Origin: Chitinophagales bacterium | GTDB lineage: Bacteria > Bacteroidota > Bacteroidia > Chitinophagales > S012-47 | DNA: 64,000 bases | Direction: 5' to 3' | Assembly: GCA_015487695.1 (NCBI GenBank) | Contig: WFPF01000021.1 | Span: 70,441 to 134,440, forward strand | Shown here: positions 63,998 through 64,000 of the stretch, one piece after another | Numbering within the stretch: position 1 is the stretch's first letter | Layout of the letters: every line of letters begins with the position of its first letter | Program-made: the position numbers and the translations under genes | Notes under the pieces: model-generated | Databases searched by the model: none | Seen by the model: only the letters and a program-made list of their open reading frames with translations | What the model was told of the DNA's origin: nothing

Positions 63998-64000
63998 GTA

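Noticed and set aside
1-64000. Search for CRISPR arrays, tRNA/rRNA/tmRNA/RNase P/SRP RNA genes and known defence-system gene sets
   Set aside because: I saw no short regularly spaced repeats, no cloverleaf-like or conserved RNA signature sequences in the intergenic regions, and no nuclease/ATPase/methylase gene combinations. RecQ here is the ordinary housekeeping helicase. This was an eye scan only; tRNAscan-SE, Infernal and a defence-system finder should confirm it.

Overview
The window looks like a chromosomal segment from a Bacteroidota-type genome. Evidence: a T9SS type-B C-terminal sorting domain, recurrent TAnnTTTG -7 promoter boxes, no obvious Shine-Dalgarno use, Rho with a large N-terminal insertion, and a MoaC/MoaB fusion. 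About 57 protein genes fill nearly all of it, and most are housekeeping. They include rpmH-rnpA-yidD, rho, serS, mnmG, ybeY, recQ, hflX, rimP-nusA-infB, rlmI, nadD and tsaB. I found no rRNA, tRNA, CRISPR array or recognisable defence-system gene. The non-routine loci are listed here in window order. (1) A PadR-PspC pair sits next to two back-to-back GT-C membrane glycosyltransferase-like genes, one with a TMTC-like TPR tail. (2) A 476-bp gene-free AT-rich spacer carries a cluster of DnaA-box-like 9-mers and an 18-bp perfect palindrome. (3) A 1124-aa membrane coiled-coil protein is translationally coupled to an orphan RsbW-like GHKL kinase and ybeY. (4) An MbnP-like lipoprotein is followed by two tandem MauG/MbnH-like di-haem peroxidases, and its start overlaps the stop of an omega-amidase gene that follows an aminotransferase gene. 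(5) The rimP-nusA-infB leader holds a promoter-proximal intrinsic terminator. (6) A GT9 glycosyltransferase carries an extra C-terminal domain that resembles a degenerate YrdC/Sua5 fold. (7) A 12.7-kb co-directional cluster runs MarR - CDGSH - Moco biosynthesis (with an embedded TauE/SafE permease) - formate-THF ligase - FdhD - NAD-type Cys-formate dehydrogenase. This cluster ends at an AT-rich IS1634-family element with 18-bp terminal inverted repeats. All calls come from reading the translations and the DNA by eye. Family names are recognition-level and need HMM or BLAST confirmation. I do not see a clear-cut new system. The MbnP/MbnH x2 operon, the Moco-formate cluster and the DnaA-box spacer are the best candidates for follow-up.
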